From an uncultured Chryseobacterium sp. (GTDB taxonomy: Bacteria; Bacteroidota; Bacteroidia; Flavobacteriales_F; PHOS-HE28), in the NCBI GenBank assembly GCA_964649165.1, contig CAZYPC010000001.1, positions 31,529 to 95,528 of the forward strand: a stretch of 64,000 nucleotides of DNA, read 5' to 3'. Made by a program: the position numbers and the translations under genes. Positions 9,242 to 18,920 of the stretch are shown here, one piece after another; positions within the stretch are counted from its first letter, which is position 1, and every line of letters starts with the position of its first letter. The notes under the pieces are model-generated. The model was not told where the DNA came from. It saw nothing but the letters and a program-made list of their open reading frames with translations, and made no database searches.

Positions 9242-10767
9242 GATGCGCACAGTTCGAGACCGGCCTTCAATCGGGCGATCACTTCCTCTTTTCCCAGCAA
9301 AGCGCTCACATCGAACATGCCCGGACCCTGCATGCGCCCGGCCACGAACAGACGGTATACCGGCATCACCTGGCCCACTTTCATTCCTTTCTCCTGTAGC
9401 ACGGTGTTGAACTCCGCTTCCAGGCTCCCCGGAGCGAAGACCGGTAACGCCGCTAATGCCGTCAAATAAGCTTCGATGGCGGGGGCCGTTTCAGGCTTCC
9501 ACCGCTTTTTCAGCTCCTCGTTCGCCGCTGCGTTGCCGCTGAGCGGGGAGCCCTTGGTGAAGAGGTAGACCCCTTCCAACATGTCCTCAACGAAGGTGGC
9601 GCGCTCCTTCAGCAGGGCTGCCGCATGGGTCGCACGTTCCAGCGTCGTCGTGATGCCCTTTTCCTTCAAGCGTTCGAGCAACTTCGCACCGAGCTCCGCA
9701 TCGGGCCGCATGCGCAGGTACTGCTGGTTGAACCACTTGGTCTTCTCCGGATCGAACTTGGCTCCGCCCTTGTGGACCCTTTCGAGATCGAACAAGCGCG
9801 TGAGTTCTTCCAAGCTCATGATCTCCTGGTCGGTCCCGGGGTTCCATCCCAGTAGGGCCAGCATATTGATGAAAGCTTCCGGGTAGTATCCCTTTTCCCG
9901 ATAACCGCTGCTCTTCTCCTTGCTCACCGGGTCGATCCAATCCAGAGAGAACACCGGGAATCCCAGTCTGTCTCCATCGCGCTTGCTGAGTTTCCCGTTC
10001 CCATCGGGCTTCAGTATCAGCGGCAGATGGGCGAAGGCCGGACGCTCCCAGCCGAAGGCCTCATAGATGAGCACATGCAATGGCGCGCTGGGCAGCCACT
10101 CCTCGCCGCGGATCACATGCGTAATGCGCATCAGGTGGTCATCAACGATATTGGCCAGGTGATAGGTGGGCATGCCGTCGCTCTTGAACAGCACCTTGTC
10201 GTCGATGTTGGCGCTGTGCACCACCACCCAACCCCGGATGATGTCCTCGAACCGCACTTCGGCGTGACGGGGTACCTTCAAGCGCACCACATACTGGTCG
10301 CCGCGTGCAAGGCGCTCCTTGACCTCATCCGCGCTCAGGGTGAGCGAATTCTTCATGTGCTCGCGCGTCACCGCGTTGTAGGCCGGGGCCGCCACGCCAG
10401 CGGCTTGTAGCCGAGCGCGCATGGCCTCCAGCTCCTCGGGCGTGTCAAAGGCATAGTACGCCTTGTCCTTGGTGATCAGCTCCTCCGCGTAGCCCTTGTA
10501 CAGGTCTTTCCGGTCGCTCTGCCGGTACGGTCCGTGCGGGCCACCCACCCATGGACTTTCGTCGGGTACCAGTCCGCACCACTCCAAGCTCTCCTTGATG
10601 TATTGTTCAGCGCCGGGCACATAGCGCGTCTGATCAGTGTCCTCGATGCGCAAAAGGAACTGTCCACCGTGTTTCCGGGCGAAGAGGAAGTTGTAAAGTG
10701 CGGTACGGACACCGCCCATGTGTAAGGGACCGGTGGGGCTGGGTGCGAAACGGACACGAACGCTCAT
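9232..10767 (-). CDS. gltX: Glutamate--tRNA ligase
   Basis: Start reset to MSVRVRFAPSPTGPLHMGG (HIGH-type motif). KMSKS-type motif GKLSKRDG is present. The listed ORF extends 65 codons further upstream without support. Confidence 0.95.
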   Translation of the reverse strand: MSVRVRFAPSPTGPLHMGGVRTALYNFLFARKHGGQFLLRIEDTDQTRYVPGAEQYIKESLEWCGLVPDESPWVGGPHGPYRQSDRKDLYKGYAEELITKDKAYYAFDTPEELEAMRARLQAAGVAAPAYNAVTREHMKNSLTLSADEVKERLARGDQYVVRLKVPRHAEVRFEDIIRGWVVVHSANIDDKVLFKSDGMPTYHLANIVDDHLMRITHVIRGEEWLPSAPLHVLIYEAFGWERPAFAHLPLILKPDGNGKLSKRDGDRLGFPVFSLDWIDPVSKEKSSGYREKGYYPEAFINMLALLGWNPGTDQEIMSLEELTRLFDLERVHKGGAKFDPEKTKWFNQQYLRMRPDAELGAKLLERLKEKGITTTLERATHAAALLKERATFVEDMLEGVYLFTKGSPLSGNAAANEELKKRWKPETAPAIEAYLTALAALPVFAPGSLEAEFNTVLQEKGMKVGQVMPVYRLFVAGRMQGPGMFDVSALLGKEEVIARLKAGLELCASWE

Positions 10768-10910
10768 GATGCTCAGGCTCAAGAAGGACCTGCAAAGGCT
10801 CCCTCCATGGAAGGGCGGCGAAAATAGCCCCTGTCGGTGAGCGAAAACGCCGCTCTGGCAGCTTCTGGAATTGGGCTTTGAGACCTGCGAAGCCTCGTCT
10901 CCTCCACCGC

Positions 10911-10940
10911 TTGTCAACAAATTCGTCGAAATATTTTCAC
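10911..10940 (+). promoter_or_regulatory. Possible Bacteroidota-type promoter (TTG ... TAttTTca) upstream of the MORN-repeat gene
   Basis: An AT-rich patch in otherwise GC-rich DNA. TTG at 10911 and TATTTTCA at 10932 roughly fit the -33 TTG / -7 TAnnTTTG consensus. It lies 50-80 nt upstream of the ATG at 10989. Confidence 0.3.
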
Positions 10941-10988
10941 CATTCGTCGAAACGACGCGCATCTTTGCCGGTGAAAACCCGGTTCACC

Positions 10989-11519
10989 ATGACGCTCCAA
11001 CATCTTCTACAGGCGACTGCGCTCCTCCTTGCTCCGGTTGCACTACGTGCCCAGTGTAGCGAAGTGCCCTTGGTGGACAAAGAACTCTTCGACCTGCTAC
11101 GCAAACAGCCCACGCTGTCCGCTATGCACGCGGAGTCCCGCATCGATGTGGTGAATGATCGTTTCGAGCCCTGCGCGCGCAGGAAGGAGGCCCGATATGT
11201 GCGCACCATCACCCCGGTTCAGCACGGCTACTCCGTCCGGGTGCAGACCCCGCATGGCTTCACCCTGATGACCGGCATGTTCAAGGACGAGGCCGCGACC
11301 ATGCCTCATGGCGATTTCCGCTACTACGATGACGCTGGGACCCTTCGGGCCGAAGGCCGCTACGTGGACGGCCGCAAGATCGGCGTATGGCATCGCTGGG
11401 ATGACCGTGGTACCGCGCTGTCCGACAAGAAGTACGATGGGCTGGACTGGGAGGGCATGCAACTGAAGCTCGGGCTGACGAGCCAGTGCTGCTATCTGGA
11501 GGATATGGCGGCTGAATAA
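10989..11519 (+). CDS. Secreted MORN-variant repeat protein (YwqK-like)
   Basis: Start reset to MTLQHLLQATALLLAPVALRAQ (signal peptide). HGDFRYYDDAGTLRAEGRYVDGRKIGVWHRWDDRG matches the MORN/YwqK repeat pattern. Confidence 0.55.
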   Translation: MTLQHLLQATALLLAPVALRAQCSEVPLVDKELFDLLRKQPTLSAMHAESRIDVVNDRFEPCARRKEARYVRTITPVQHGYSVRVQTPHGFTLMTGMFKDEAATMPHGDFRYYDDAGTLRAEGRYVDGRKIGVWHRWDDRGTALSDKKYDGLDWEGMQLKLGLTSQCCYLEDMAAE

Positions 11520-11544
11520 CCTCTCTTGGGGAGGCACCAAAAGC

Positions 11545-11588
11545 GAAGGAGCGCGATGCCGGGCTTGTTGCCGTCATCGCGCTCCTTC
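11545..11588. terminator. Bidirectional stem-loop between convergent genes
   Basis: Perfect 14-bp inverted repeat GAAGGAGCGCGATG (11545-11558) / CATCGCGCTCCTTC (11575-11588) with a 16-nt loop. It sits between the stops at 11519 (+) and 11608 (-). There is no clear U-tract. Confidence 0.5.
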
Positions 11589-11607
11589 TGTATGCAGGCC
11601 TGCTCGC

Positions 11608-11937
11608 TCAGCGGAGCTGTACGCCCTTCAGTAGCAGGCGCTGCCAGGACGGGTTCTGCCGCAGGTAGTCCTTCACCTTCGGGCAGAGCGGGATCAGCTT
11701 CAGCTTGCTGGCCTCCACGTGGGTCAGCGTCTTCTCCGTGAGCACACGGTGGGCATCGCCGGTGGCCAATTGCTTGGGAACATCGGTACGCGTCAGGAAG
11801 ATGCGGTCTCCCTGATGGTCATACTCGATGCGGGCGCGCTGGTCGCCGACCTTCAGCACGAATTGGCGCGTGGCCTTCTCGTCCATCAGGGTCAGTTCGT
11901 TCAGGTCGCTTACGGCAGGGGTGGTTGTTTTTGCCAT
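11608..11937 (-). CDS. Small GNAT-like N-acetyltransferase (YjdJ/Acetyltransf_CG type)
   Basis: Start reset to MAKTTTPAV. At about 109 aa, the stretch RIEYDHQGDRIFLTRTDVPKQLATGDAHRVLTEKTLTHVEASKLKLIPLCPKV resembles the short GNAT-fold family. Confidence 0.6.
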   Translation of the reverse strand: MAKTTTPAVSDLNELTLMDEKATRQFVLKVGDQRARIEYDHQGDRIFLTRTDVPKQLATGDAHRVLTEKTLTHVEASKLKLIPLCPKVKDYLRQNPSWQRLLLKGVQLR

Positions 11938-12091
11938 GGTGAAGAGGTCGGCAAAGATAACCGTAGCGATCACCATTGTTCATAAGTCGGTTCAAAGGGT
12001 GGTCCGCTGGTGGGCAATACGGCCAATGAACCAGTTCAATGGCGGAGGGCTTGAGGTGCCCAGACCTTTGTGCCCACTGAAAGCCAAGCAC

Positions 12092-12967
12092 ATGGACCGC
12101 AAGGACTTCCTCCGCACGGGCCTGCTCGGGGCCGGGGCCTCAACGTTGACCGGGGCGGTGCTCGCTTCCCCGAACCAAGAAGATGGTCCCGCTACCCGAA
12201 CGACCGGCTTCAACCACCTCCCCACCGAAAACCCACGCATCATGGCCAACACCGTCCTGCACAAAGCCGCCAGCCGCGGCCACGCCGATCATGGCTGGTT
12301 GAACAGCCATCACACCTTCAGCTTCGCCAACTACTACGATCCGCAGCGCATGCACTTCGGCGTGTTGCGTGTCCTGAACGACGACTCCGTGGCCCCCGGC
12401 ATGGGCTTCGGCACGCATCCGCACGACAACATGGAGATCATCTCCATCCCCCTGGAAGGCGATCTGGAGCACAAGGACAGCATGGGTAACATTGCCGTCA
12501 TCCGCCACGGGGACGTGCAGGTGATGAGCGCCGGCACGGGCATCCGCCACAGCGAATACAACCGCAACAAGGACGCGCACGTGAAGTTCCTCCAGATCTG
12601 GGTGTTCCCGGACAAGCGCGGCGTTCAACCCCGCTACGATCAGGTCACCCTCGACGCCAGCAAGCGCCACAACCGCCTGCAGCAGATCCTTTCGCCCAAA
12701 GCCGAGGATGAGGGTGTCTGGATCCACCAGAACGCCTGGTTCCACCTCGGCACCTTCGACAAGGGTTTCCGCACAAGCTACGCACTGAAGGACCAGCGTA
12801 ATGGTGTGTATGTCTTCGTCATCAAAGGGGACGTCACCGTGAATGGCATCGCCCTGAACCAACGCGACGGGCTCGGTGTTGAGCAGACCACAACGCTCGA
12901 CATCCAGGCCGACAGCGACGGTGCCGAAGTACTGCTGATGGAAGTTCCCATGGAAGTGAATTCATGA
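12092..12967 (+). CDS. Pirin family protein with Tat-like N-terminal leader
   Basis: HKAASRGHADHGWLNSHHTFSFANYYDPQRMHFGVLRVLNDD...HPHDNMEIISIPLEG is the pirin cupin core. The N-terminus MDRKDFLRTGLLGAGASTLTGAVLA looks like a twin-arginine-type leader. An alternative start at MANTVL is possible. Confidence 0.8.
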   Translation: MDRKDFLRTGLLGAGASTLTGAVLASPNQEDGPATRTTGFNHLPTENPRIMANTVLHKAASRGHADHGWLNSHHTFSFANYYDPQRMHFGVLRVLNDDSVAPGMGFGTHPHDNMEIISIPLEGDLEHKDSMGNIAVIRHGDVQVMSAGTGIRHSEYNRNKDAHVKFLQIWVFPDKRGVQPRYDQVTLDASKRHNRLQQILSPKAEDEGVWIHQNAWFHLGTFDKGFRTSYALKDQRNGVYVFVIKGDVTVNGIALNQRDGLGVEQTTTLDIQADSDGAEVLLMEVPMEVNS

Positions 12968-13566
12968 CGACCGACACCCGAACAGACGCGCGCGTGATCA
13001 AGAAGGCGCGCACCGACCACGATGTGCTACCGGTGATCCGGGAGCGGTTCAGCGCACGGGCCTTCAGTCACGAGCCGCTCTCGGAGGAGCAGCTGATGAC
13101 CTTGTTCGAGGCGGCCGCCTGGGCACCGAGCGCGATGAACGAGCAGCCATGGCGATATCGCTATGCGCTGCGCGGAACGGGAGCATTCGATCACCTGTGG
13201 AGCCTGCTGAACACCGGCAACCAGCCATGGGCGAAGAACGCCGCGGCACTGGTTGTCTGCTCGGTGATGACCACCCTGGAACGCAACGGGCATCCCAACC
13301 ACAGCCGCCTGCACGACCTCGGCCTGGCCAACGCGCAACTGCTGACGCAGGCCACAAGTATGGGCATCTTCGGCCACTTGATGGGCGGCTTCGATCATGG
13401 CCGCGCACAAGAGGAGCTCGGGCTTGATCCGGCGCACGAGGAAGTGTTCTGCATCCTCGCACTCGGACGGATCACCTCTCCGGAAACGCTGGAAGAACCG
13501 TTCCGGACACGGGAAGTGACGGCGCGTTCGCGGAGGCCGTTGCACGCTACCATGACCCGGCTCTAG
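12964..13566 (+). CDS. Nitroreductase family protein
   Basis: RERFSARAFSHEPLSEEQLMTLFEAAAWAPSAMNEQPWRYRY is the nitroreductase N-terminal signature. ATGA overlap with the pirin stop. Confidence 0.8.
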   Translation: MTTDTRTDARVIKKARTDHDVLPVIRERFSARAFSHEPLSEEQLMTLFEAAAWAPSAMNEQPWRYRYALRGTGAFDHLWSLLNTGNQPWAKNAAALVVCSVMTTLERNGHPNHSRLHDLGLANAQLLTQATSMGIFGHLMGGFDHGRAQEELGLDPAHEEVFCILALGRITSPETLEEPFRTREVTARSRRPLHATMTRL

Positions 13567-13667
13567 GCCACCTTGCCAGCTCCCGGATACCGCGGTGCCC
13601 GGCGCTGGGCGCCGTCGCGGTTTCGGGAACGGCAAGGAGCATCTTTACGTCCCCGCCACACAGCGGG

Positions 13668-14966
13668 ATGAAACATATGCGCGTGCTGCTCTTCCTCCTC
13701 GGCGTCGTTCTGCTCATCGTGCCCGAGTTTCTGCGGGTCTACTACATCATGCCCTTCCCCGGCAGTCAGGAGGACGTGGCGACCGACCTGCGACAAGTAC
13801 ACATCGCCTATTGGCTCCATACCAACATCTGGTGGGTGCGCCTGATCGGTCTCGCATTGCTCATCGGGCCGTTCATCCACTACATGAAGCACGGCAACCT
13901 GTGGAAACGCATCGGCATCCTCTTGCCCACGGCGTTCGCGGTTCTAGTGTTCTATATGTTCAACTTCAAGTTCATGGCGGACAAGATGTTCTACCCGCCG
14001 AAGGAGAAGACCCTCACCCCCGTCCCCTCTCCGGGGGAGAGGGGAGCAATGCCGGATAGTGTGGCGAACCATCTGGCCATCGTTGTTGAGCGCTACGGCG
14101 ATGCGCGGGCCTATCCCATCGAGCTGATCGGCTATCACCACCAAGTGCTGGACACGATCGGAGGAGAGCCGGTGATGGTCACCTATTGCACCGTGTGCCG
14201 CACGGGCCGTGCGTGGAAGCCCGAAGTGAATGGCCAGCCGGAGACGTTCCGTTTGGTGGGTATGGACCATTTCAACGCGATGTTCGAGGACAGCCGCACG
14301 GGCAGCTGGTGGCGGCAGGTGACCGGCGAGTGTATTGAAGGGCCTTTGAAAGGACAACGACTCGAAGAAGTACCGAGCGAGCAATTGACGCTCGGCGAGT
14401 TCAGTGCACTTCATCCCGCAGGTCTTGTCTTCCAACCAGATCCGAACTTCTCAGAACAGTATGCGGGGCTCAAGGGCTTCGATGATGGCACGATCGAAAG
14501 CGGTTTGGAATACCGCGACCCGGAGAGTTGGCAGCCCAAGAGCTGGGTTTTGGGTGTGGTTCACAACGGACAGGCGCGGGCCTACGACTGGAACGATCTG
14601 CAAAGTGACTGGCTTGTTTTCGACACCCTTGGCGGTGATTGGATAGAGATCGTTTCTTACGAACGGGCTGCCAGAGCTGAAGACATTGAAAAACTCGACT
14701 CTCTTTGGGCTCGACAAGCTCGTGGCGAACGGGTGGATTCCCTCCAGGCTCGCTTCTATGTTCATGAACCTCGATCATTTCATGTGCGGCTTGCGGCAGG
14801 TAACGAACGCTTTTCGTGCCATGGGAGCGGCGTAGACCCGCTATCCCCACAGACCCAAGAAGAAGCCCGTGTTCTTGACAGCCTTCGCATTCCATCCTAC
14901 CAGGAGTTCTGGCATAGCTGGCGCACCTTCCACCCAAACACCACGCGGTACGAGCCGAAGAAGTGA
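13668..14966 (+). CDS. Membrane-anchored DUF3179 domain protein
   Basis: Four N-terminal hydrophobic helices. These are followed by GDARAYPIELIGYHHQVLDTIGGEPVMVTYCTVCRTGRAW...FEDSRTGSWWRQVTGECIEGPLKG, the DUF3179 pattern. Confidence 0.75.
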   Translation: MKHMRVLLFLLGVVLLIVPEFLRVYYIMPFPGSQEDVATDLRQVHIAYWLHTNIWWVRLIGLALLIGPFIHYMKHGNLWKRIGILLPTAFAVLVFYMFNFKFMADKMFYPPKEKTLTPVPSPGERGAMPDSVANHLAIVVERYGDARAYPIELIGYHHQVLDTIGGEPVMVTYCTVCRTGRAWKPEVNGQPETFRLVGMDHFNAMFEDSRTGSWWRQVTGECIEGPLKGQRLEEVPSEQLTLGEFSALHPAGLVFQPDPNFSEQYAGLKGFDDGTIESGLEYRDPESWQPKSWVLGVVHNGQARAYDWNDLQSDWLVFDTLGGDWIEIVSYERAARAEDIEKLDSLWARQARGERVDSLQARFYVHEPRSFHVRLAAGNERFSCHGSGVDPLSPQTQEEARVLDSLRIPSYQEFWHSWRTFHPNTTRYEPKK

Positions 14967-15012
14967 TCTTCGCGATGGCGGGTCAAGCCCGCCATGACAA
15001 CCTTCACAGATC

Positions 15013-15429
15013 ATGGCACACGATCCCCTTTTTGAACAACGCATCGCCGAAGCACTGAAAGCGCAAGGCGCGAAACCCGAGCACAAGAAGATGTTCGGTG
15101 GTGTGGCCTTCATGGTACACGGCAACATGAGCGTGGGCATCACGAACAAGGGCGACTTCATGGCGCGCTTCGATGGCGAACGACACGAAGAGATACTGAA
15201 GTGGCCCGGTGCCAAACCGATGACGTTCGGGCACAAGAGCATGAAGGGCTTTCTCTTCGTGGATGCCGATGCGGTGGGTACGAAGGCCGCGCTCGACAAA
15301 TGGATCAAGCTTTCGCTCGCATACGTGAACGACTTGCCGAAGAAGACGGCCAAGGCGGCTGGAAAGTCAGGGGCCAAGAAGGCCGCGCCGGGGAAACAGC
15401 CAACCAAGAAGGTCGCACGGAAGAAGTAG
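15013..15429 (+). CDS. TfoX N-terminal-domain protein with Lys/Ala-rich tail
   Basis: KKMFGGVAFMVHGNMSVGITNKGDFMARF...MKGFLFV fits the TfoX_N pattern. The C-terminal tail is KKTAKAAGKSGAKKAAPGKQPTKKVARKK. Confidence 0.6.
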   Translation: MAHDPLFEQRIAEALKAQGAKPEHKKMFGGVAFMVHGNMSVGITNKGDFMARFDGERHEEILKWPGAKPMTFGHKSMKGFLFVDADAVGTKAALDKWIKLSLAYVNDLPKKTAKAAGKSGAKKAAPGKQPTKKVARKK

Positions 15430-15508
15430 CGGCTCGCTTCGCTCGTGATTACCGATTGCTTCGCTTTGCTCGCAATTACTGGTCGCTGCGCTCTCGAAAC
15501 CCAAAGCA

Positions 15509-16189
15509 GTGACCGACCGTATGAGCGGGCCCACGGCCCGATTCAATGGGCCGCTCCCAATGAGCGCTCTCGCACAACTCGCCACTTCCCTCGGCCGCGT
15601 CGATGAACTGCCGAACATCGCCCTGGCCGAATCCATCGCAGCGGAGAAGAACATCCCCGCGATCCGCGAACTGGTGGATGTGCTCAACGGCAAGGACAAA
15701 GCGCTGAAGAGCGACGCCCTGAAGGTCCTGTACGAAGTGGGCTACCGCGCGCCGGAGCTGATCGCACCCTTCATCGCCCAATTCAAGAACCTGCTAGCCA
15801 ACCCCGACAACCGCCTGGTGTGGGGGGCCATGTGCGCCATCGATGGCATCGCGACGATCAAGCCGGACGCCGTGTTCATGATCCTGCCCCAGATCATGGC
15901 CGCCGTGGACCGCGGAACGGTGATCACCCGCGATCACGCCGTGAAGACCCTGGCCAAGCTCGCCGCCCAGGAACGCTTCGCGCGCACAGCCATGCCACTG
16001 CTGCTCGAACAATTGCGCACCGCACCGGTGAACCAGTTCCCCATGTACGCTGAACTGGTCGCGGCGATCGTCTTCCCGCAGGACGTGAACAACATGCGCC
16101 AGATCCTGGAGGCCCGGCTGCCCGAGCTGCCCAACGAAGCGAAGAAGAAGCGCGTAGAGAAGGCGCTCCGCAAGCTCCGCGCGGCGTAG
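15509..16189 (+). CDS. Hypothetical alpha-helical (HEAT/ARM-like) protein
   Basis: All-helical repeat-like sequence with high GC3. The start is uncertain; ATGs also occur at 15521 and 15560. Confidence 0.45.
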   Translation: MTDRMSGPTARFNGPLPMSALAQLATSLGRVDELPNIALAESIAAEKNIPAIRELVDVLNGKDKALKSDALKVLYEVGYRAPELIAPFIAQFKNLLANPDNRLVWGAMCAIDGIATIKPDAVFMILPQIMAAVDRGTVITRDHAVKTLAKLAAQERFARTAMPLLLEQLRTAPVNQFPMYAELVAAIVFPQDVNNMRQILEARLPELPNEAKKKRVEKALRKLRAA

Positions 16190-16310
16190 TTCATATCATC
16201 CGCAGATAGCGCAGATGACGCAGATGGGTCGCTGACGCGACCTATGCGCGCACCAGCCGGCCGTCCACTTCCGTCGCTGTGCCGCATCTTCACGGCCCCG
16301 ACACGTCGGG

Positions 16311-18920
16311 ATGCGACACATGGAAGGCTTCCTCATCCTGCTCGCCGTACTGATCCCCATCGCGCTGCTCGTGCTGCTGGTCATGAACATCAGCCGGATG
16401 AGCGGGCTGAAGGAGGAGGTCCGGCTGATGCGCCTGCAGATGCAGGAGCTGATGAAGGCCATGGCGTATCGCCCCGCCGGTGCGGCACCGCCGGTGAAAG
16501 AAGCGCCATCTGCCGCAACCCCTCCTGTGACGCCGGTGGTCGCACCACCCGTCCCGCCACCACCACCTACGCCGGTCGCACCACCGGTGGTCGTGCAACC
16601 GCCCCCCGTCATTCCGGTACCCGCACCTGTGGCACCTCCGGTCATCACCGACCCGCCGCCGACCATGGTGCCACCACGACCGGCGGATCCGCTGCACGGC
16701 CTTCGCGAAGAGTTGCGCGAACAGCAGGCCGCCGCATCCGCGAAGCCGACCGCTGTTCCAGAACGAGTGGTCATCGCTCCGCCGCCGCCGCGACCACCAC
16801 CGTCACCGAAGCCATCGTTCCTCGACCGCAACCCGGACCTGGAGAAGTTCATCGGTGAGAACCTGATCAACAAGATCGGCATCGCCATCCTGGTGCTCGG
16901 CCTGGGCTTCTTGATGAACTGGGCGATCGACCAGGGGTACATCAGCAAACCCGCCCGCACCCTCATCGGCATCGGTAGCGGGGGCCTGCTCATTTTCCTC
17001 GGGCACCGCTTGCGCGAGAAATTCCGGGCCTTCAGTTCCGTTCTCGTCGGTGGCGGCCTCGCGGTGCTGTACTTCAGCATCGCCTTCGCCTACCGTGTCT
17101 ACGAGATCATCCCACAGACGCCCGCCTTCCTGGTCATGCTCGGGATCACCGGGCTGGGCGTTCTGCTCACGCTGGTCTTCGATCGTCGCGAACTGGCCGT
17201 GATCGCCCTGCTCGGAGGGTTCGCGGCACCATTCCTCGCCAGCAGCGGAGACGGAAACTACAAGGTGCTCTTCAGCTACCTGCTGATCTTGAATACCGGC
17301 ATGCTGGTGCTGGCCAATTACAAGAAGTGGCACCTGATCAACGTGATCGCGTTCCTGCTCACTTCGATCATATTCGGGGGCTGGTTGAGCATGCGCTTCC
17401 TGGACATGGATCCCAGACCGGTCTGGCTAGCGATGGGTTTCGCCACGGCGTTCTTCCTCGTGTTCTTCATCATGAACCTGCGCTACAACCTGAAACACGG
17501 CTCGCAGTTCGTGGCGCTGGACTTCTCGTTGCTGCTCGCGAACACGGCCGTGTATTTCGCCGCGGGACTTTCCATCCTGCAGAACGTGAAACCCTCGCTC
17601 GATGGCCTGTTCGTCATCGCGCTCGCGGCGTTCCACCTCGTGTTCGCGTGGATGTTCCACCGCCGCGCCAACGCTCCGAAGCACTTGGTCTACCTGCTCA
17701 TCGGGCTTGTGCTCACCTTCCTCAGTCTTGCCGGTCCCCTGCAGCTCCACGGCAACCACATCACGCTGTTCTGGGCGGCCGAATGCGCGCTGATGCTCTG
17801 GTTCTCCCAGCGCGCCGGTATCCGCCTCGTGGAACGCGCGAGCATGCTGGTGGGCATGCTCATGCTCATCAGCCTGCTCATGGACTTCTCCAAGCACTAT
17901 GGTGCCGAGCCGTTGGCGCGCCTGACCCCGCTGCTGAACCAGGCCTGGATCACCGGGACCGTGGCGGCGGCGGCGCTGCTCCTCTATGGCAAGCTCTGTG
18001 AAAAGCTCCCCGCCGATCGGGATGTGGTGCCGGGTCTTTCCCCGGCGATGTTGCGCACCATCGCATTCATCCTCGGGACCATCGTGCTCTTCCTGGTCAA
18101 CTTCCTGGAGATCGCTCACCAGCTCGGATACGTCTACAACCAGCAGGTGGTGATGATGGCGCTCTCCACCTATACGTTGGCGGCACTCGTGGCCATCCAT
18201 CTGCTCACCCGCACCGCCCATAACGGCGTGCGCGTCGCGGTCCTGTTGCTGCTCGCCTTCGCCTTGCTCCATCGGATCACCGGATTCTACCACGGCAGTA
18301 TCCATGCGTTGCTCGATGTGCGCACAGGCAACGGTGGTGCCGGGTACGCGCTGTTCCACTACGCCTCCTTCGCGGCCGCCTGCGCGGCGCTGGTGTGCGT
18401 CGCCATGGCCGCTCGCAAGCTGATCCCGCGACCTTCCGCCGGATGGAACGCCTATCTCTGGTGCATCTGCGCGTACCTCGTCTTCTTCGCCAGCCAGGAG
18501 CTGGATCATGCGATGCTCGCCTTCGCTGCACCTGCCACCAACGACGCGGTGGAGGGCATGTGGGCCGAGGGCGTCGATCCGCGGACCATGCTGCTCGACG
18601 CGATGTACTCGTTGCGCAAAGCCGGGTATCCGATCCTCTGGGGCCTGGGCTCCTTCGTGCTGATGTGGTACGGTATGCGCACACGCCAGCGCACGGTGCG
18701 CATCATCGCGCTCTCGCTGTTCGGGATCACCCTGGTGAAACTCTTCGTCTACGACATCAGCGGCATCAGTGAAGGTGGCAAAGTGGCGGCGTTCATCTGC
18801 CTGGGCATCCTGCTGCTCGTGGTGAGCTTCATGTACAACAAGCTGAAGGTGCTGTTGAAGGAGGATGGACGATCAGATGATCAGAACGATCGCTTCGCTA
18901 ACGCTCGCGAGATCAGATGA
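16311..18920 (+). CDS. DUF2339 family polytopic membrane protein with Pro-rich N-terminal linker
   Basis: 869 aa. One N-terminal TM helix, a coiled segment, a roughly 100-aa P/V/A-rich low-complexity stretch, then about 20 hydrophobic helices, as is typical of DUF2339. Confidence 0.75.
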   Translation: MRHMEGFLILLAVLIPIALLVLLVMNISRMSGLKEEVRLMRLQMQELMKAMAYRPAGAAPPVKEAPSAATPPVTPVVAPPVPPPPPTPVAPPVVVQPPPVIPVPAPVAPPVITDPPPTMVPPRPADPLHGLREELREQQAAASAKPTAVPERVVIAPPPPRPPPSPKPSFLDRNPDLEKFIGENLINKIGIAILVLGLGFLMNWAIDQGYISKPARTLIGIGSGGLLIFLGHRLREKFRAFSSVLVGGGLAVLYFSIAFAYRVYEIIPQTPAFLVMLGITGLGVLLTLVFDRRELAVIALLGGFAAPFLASSGDGNYKVLFSYLLILNTGMLVLANYKKWHLINVIAFLLTSIIFGGWLSMRFLDMDPRPVWLAMGFATAFFLVFFIMNLRYNLKHGSQFVALDFSLLLANTAVYFAAGLSILQNVKPSLDGLFVIALAAFHLVFAWMFHRRANAPKHLVYLLIGLVLTFLSLAGPLQLHGNHITLFWAAECALMLWFSQRAGIRLVERASMLVGMLMLISLLMDFSKHYGAEPLARLTPLLNQAWITGTVAAAALLLYGKLCEKLPADRDVVPGLSPAMLRTIAFILGTIVLFLVNFLEIAHQLGYVYNQQVVMMALSTYTLAALVAIHLLTRTAHNGVRVAVLLLLAFALLHRITGFYHGSIHALLDVRTGNGGAGYALFHYASFAAACAALVCVAMAARKLIPRPSAGWNAYLWCICAYLVFFASQELDHAMLAFAAPATNDAVEGMWAEGVDPRTMLLDAMYSLRKAGYPILWGLGSFVLMWYGMRTRQRTVRIIALSLFGITLVKLFVYDISGISEGGKVAAFICLGILLLVVSFMYNKLKVLLKEDGRSDDQNDRFANAREIR

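Noticed and set aside
10768-10962. 5' extension of the gltX ORF. Analogous extensions occur at 8631..8699, 29832..29945, 40253..40339, 50211..50447, 52298..52807, 54504..54581, 37608..37769 and 11828..12091.
   Set aside because: The extensions precede obvious native N-termini (a signal peptide or a conserved first motif). They often overlap neighbouring genes or the opposite-strand gene, and they translate to R/G/P-rich junk.
16196-17080. 294-aa minus-strand ORF, plus Gly/Arg-rich frames over 16.2-17.1 kb
   Set aside because: It mirrors the Pro-rich linker of the DUF2339 gene (CCN codons read as GGN on the other strand).
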